NCBI GenBank assembly: GCA_041660565.1
Contig: JBAZWC010000002.1
Coordinates: 85,520 to 149,519, forward strand
DNA length: 64,000 bases
Direction of reading: 5' to 3'
DNA from: Patescibacteria group bacterium
Lineage (GTDB): Bacteria; Patescibacteriota; UBA1384; CAJBMM01
How positions within the stretch are numbered: position 1 is the stretch's first letter; each line of letters opens with the position of its first letter. Shown piece by piece: positions 61,093-64,000 of the stretch. Position numbers and translations under genes: made by a program. The notes below the pieces were generated by a model that worked only from the letters and a program-made list of their open reading frames with translations, ran no database searches and had not been told where the DNA came from.

Positions 61093-62718
61093 ATGCTCGC
61101 GACAATAATAATTTGGATTTATATCACCCTAATTTCGTTTGTAGTTGGGGTACGGTTTTGTAAACAACCGATTCCGCGGTTTGCCTCTACTACTATTGTC
61201 GGATTCATTATTTTAACCGCGTTAGCGACATTATTATCCCTTTTCATGCCGATTAGCGGATGGGCTTCTGCGGCCTCTCTGGCACTGGCAATTTTACTGA
61301 TAGCCATTTATCCGCAAAGATACCTAAAAATCGCCTCAGCGGGCTTTAGACGCCTGCTAGAGCGCGATATGATCTGGATTGCTCCCCTGTTTTTAATTTT
61401 TGCCGCATTTTTCATCACCCAAACAATTCAACCAATACAAAATTACGACACCGGCTTGTATCACGCCCAAGCGATTCGCTGGCTAGAGCAGTTTGGCACT
61501 GTGCCCGGTTTGGGTAATTTACACTTTCGATTGGCAATGAGTAGCGGGTGGTTTGTTTCCGGAGCGCTGTTTAGTTTCAGTTTTCTTAAAACGCAATCAT
61601 TCCACGTAATCAACGGCTGGCTTATTTTAATGTCAACGCTTTATTTGCTTACAAACTGGAATTTTAAGAAGCCGGATATCTCCACCATTGCCAAATTGTG
61701 CGCCCTACCCCTAATGTTTTTTCTATTTACCACCGATGTAGCCACGCCATCACCAGACGTCCCAGCCGCCATTTTTGTAGTCCTATCCATTCTTTTCGTG
61801 CTTGAGAAACTAGATGATAAAGTAATAATTTTGATGGCTTGTTTTACTCTTACACTAAAGCTATCTGTCATTACTGTTTTGCTTATTCCTCTTTACTTAC
61901 TGATCCGAGAGGTGGTTAAAAAACGATGGCGGGCGGTTTTGGTAATGGTTGCGATAATGTCGGCGGTGATTATTCCCGCATTGGTTCGTAATTATATTCA
62001 ATCAGGATACATCACCTACCCGGCAACCTATCTCAACTTCATGCACCCAGATTGGCAGCTAAACAAAACGGATGCGGTAGCGGTGCAACAATCGATCGAA
62101 CAGTGGGCCAAAGTTCCCCACGCCACTTCAAACGATTATTTTAACCAGGGCATCCGCGGCTGGTTTCCAACTTGGTATCAGAATCAACCGCAATATTTAA
62201 TAAATTATTTGTGGGCAATTGCGGCACTAAGCTTCATCAACCTAATTGGATTGTTGATAATGGCAAAAAAACGCCCCGGATTTATTCAGGAACACGCGCT
62301 TGTCATAATTTCCGGCATTAGTGTAATTGGCGGGGTGGTTTTTTGGCTGATTAGTGCCCCATCTTTTAGATTTGGGCAAGGATTTATTGCCGCTAGCAGT
62401 ATGATGCTAATTTCGTACCCGCTGTATTTAGTCTGTCGCCGAATTCCACGGGCGACGATTATTATTGGCATTGTTAGCATTGTATATTGTTTAATTTACA
62501 CTAACGATCATTTTACCTCATACTCCATCGTTAAACTCCACCTAAAATATCCCGCCGACTACCCCGTCACCGCGGTCGAAGATCGCTTGGGTACCGGAAC
62601 AGTTTGGTCCCCGGTTAATGGTGATCAATGTTGGTACGCCACGCTACCATGTACACCGTATCCGAATGGCACGATGACTTTACGAGGGGAGTCATTAAAA
62701 AATGGGTTTAGGCGATAG
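61093..62718 (+). CDS. multi-TM GT-C-like membrane protein (LIC_10190-like)
   Basis: YDTGLYH..IRW, PGLGNLH, APSFRFG and C-terminal QCW..LPC motifs. Confidence 0.7.
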   Translation: MLATIIIWIYITLISFVVGVRFCKQPIPRFASTTIVGFIILTALATLLSLFMPISGWASAASLALAILLIAIYPQRYLKIASAGFRRLLERDMIWIAPLFLIFAAFFITQTIQPIQNYDTGLYHAQAIRWLEQFGTVPGLGNLHFRLAMSSGWFVSGALFSFSFLKTQSFHVINGWLILMSTLYLLTNWNFKKPDISTIAKLCALPLMFFLFTTDVATPSPDVPAAIFVVLSILFVLEKLDDKVIILMACFTLTLKLSVITVLLIPLYLLIREVVKKRWRAVLVMVAIMSAVIIPALVRNYIQSGYITYPATYLNFMHPDWQLNKTDAVAVQQSIEQWAKVPHATSNDYFNQGIRGWFPTWYQNQPQYLINYLWAIAALSFINLIGLLIMAKKRPGFIQEHALVIISGISVIGGVVFWLISAPSFRFGQGFIAASSMMLISYPLYLVCRRIPRATIIIGIVSIVYCLIYTNDHFTSYSIVKLHLKYPADYPVTAVEDRLGTGTVWSPVNGDQCWYATLPCTPYPNGTMTLRGESLKNGFRR

Positions 62719-62721
62719 CAA

Positions 62722-64000
62722 TTATTTTCGGACACACAGTGTAAATTGCAAATAATTACCGGATATCTGACAGCTAAAATCTGACAAATTAAACCAACTT
62801 GGGGGATTGGCTTGAAAAAGCGTCAGCACATCCGAGAAAACCAGCACCGCGTCTATTTTTGAGGTGTCTGTGATATTTACGGAACATTTATTACCGCAAA
62901 AACTGCTTGGATTTTGTTGGAATGTACTCTGCTGTGCGGCGTTGTTTGATATCGGCAACGCGTAAAGATTGGCTCGGTCCGATTCGGTGGATATAAAAGT
63001 TTTGATTGACGAGCTCCACTCCGGTGTGACCGACGGATCAGAAACAATTACCACATTGCTTGATGCACCAGTGTTGAGTTTAATCGATTGCAACATCGCT
63101 CGGGTTTCTTGCCCTTCCGCAGAGTAACTTTTAGCTTTTAGCAAAGTGGTTTGAAGCGCCCCGAATAAAAAATACACGTTAATTATCACCAGCGCCAAAT
63201 AGAGCCAGTAGTTTTGCTTATCATCTCTCAGCTTTTGCATCAGCCACACCACCCCCAAGCCCAAAGCGAGCGTTGACGGCAAAATGTAGCGGTCGGCATT
63301 GATGCCAGATTTCGCGTATAACACCGATTGCGGCAGGATGATTAACAACACGATAAAAATTGGCCATCTTAATTCCACCACCAACCGCCGACATCGCGTC
63401 ATCAGCTCTTGACTGCTCGAAACTCCGACGATTAATATCGACAACACCGCCGCCAAAGCAACTAACGACCAGCCATTAAATCCTAAAATAGTGCGGAAAA
63501 TAAAGAAGTAGCGCAGCGGCATAAATCCTTCCACACCGGCGTAGCTTAACCCACCCATTTTCATCCCAAATTTTATAAACAATATCTCGGCCAGACCAAC
63601 CAGCAGCGGCACCACTAACCAGAGATAATCAACCGTATTTAATTTTCGCCCATCTTTTATCTGTAAAAAGTATTTTAATGCGATCATTCCCGGGATTACC
63701 ATCACGAAGCTCTCTTTGACCAGCGACATTAAGGTAATGGCGATGATGAATGATATCTCGTACCACAGGCGATATCGTCGGTGTTGTGCGGCTAAAATCA
63801 TCAACAACAGCGCAACCGATAACAACACCGTACCGATGGTTTCGGCCGGACCCAGCCGCCACCAAATCGCCATTTGCCGCCCCACTAACAACCAAGCCAC
63901 AAATAGCGCGGCAAGCACCGTGGATTTAGTCAGTTTTTTGGCAAAAACATAAAAGAAAAACGAAGTGATTACCGCCAGACCGGCCAAGCAAATTGACCAA
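62722..64000 (-). CDS. multi-TM GT-C-like membrane protein (5' end beyond the window)
   Basis: Long hydrophobic ORF open to the window edge; KES and RY motifs. Confidence 0.65.
   Translation of the reverse strand, partial: WSICLAGLAVITSFFFYVFAKKLTKSTVLAALFVAWLLVGRQMAIWWRLGPAETIGTVLLSVALLLMILAAQHRRYRLWYEISFIIAITLMSLVKESFVMVIPGMIALKYFLQIKDGRKLNTVDYLWLVVPLLVGLAEILFIKFGMKMGGLSYAGVEGFMPLRYFFIFRTILGFNGWSLVALAAVLSILIVGVSSSQELMTRCRRLVVELRWPIFIVLLIILPQSVLYAKSGINADRYILPSTLALGLGVVWLMQKLRDDKQNYWLYLALVIINVYFLFGALQTTLLKAKSYSAEGQETRAMLQSIKLNTGASSNVVIVSDPSVTPEWSSSIKTFISTESDRANLYALPISNNAAQQSTFQQNPSSFCGNKCSVNITDTSKIDAVLVFSDVLTLFQANPPSWFNLSDFSCQISGNYLQFTLCVRK

Overview
A bacterial chromosome segment whose gene content and intergenic style suggest a CPR/Patescibacteria organism (inference). 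The backbone is lower-GC and carries ppsA (partial), recX-recA-rodZ-like, ftsK, RNase J, UDG, ychF, rpsF-ssb-rpsR-efp, groEL/ES, a VanW-family protein, a K+-independent H+-PPase, a frameshifted divergent enolase and a large surface-glycan locus (pseB/C/F/G/I, WbqC, flippases, GT-C-like proteins). About ten visibly GC-rich, self-contained expression cassettes are inserted between backbone genes. Each has a near-consensus sigma70 promoter and a 3' hairpin, and the protein-coding ones have a strong Shine-Dalgarno. Most have a boxA-like motif, often after a 5' hairpin. Their cargo is ORFans, micro-peptides, a stand-alone LuxR HTH, a Clp N-domain 'decoy', a structured orphan RNA and four divergent paralogs. 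Those four paralogs share identical or covarying non-coding leaders. Many backbone genes instead look leaderless. REP-like TGTCATT palindromes often border the cassettes. The leading candidate for an undescribed system is this set of leader-tagged, possibly host-adapted cassettes. No tRNA, rRNA, CRISPR array or transposase was recognised.
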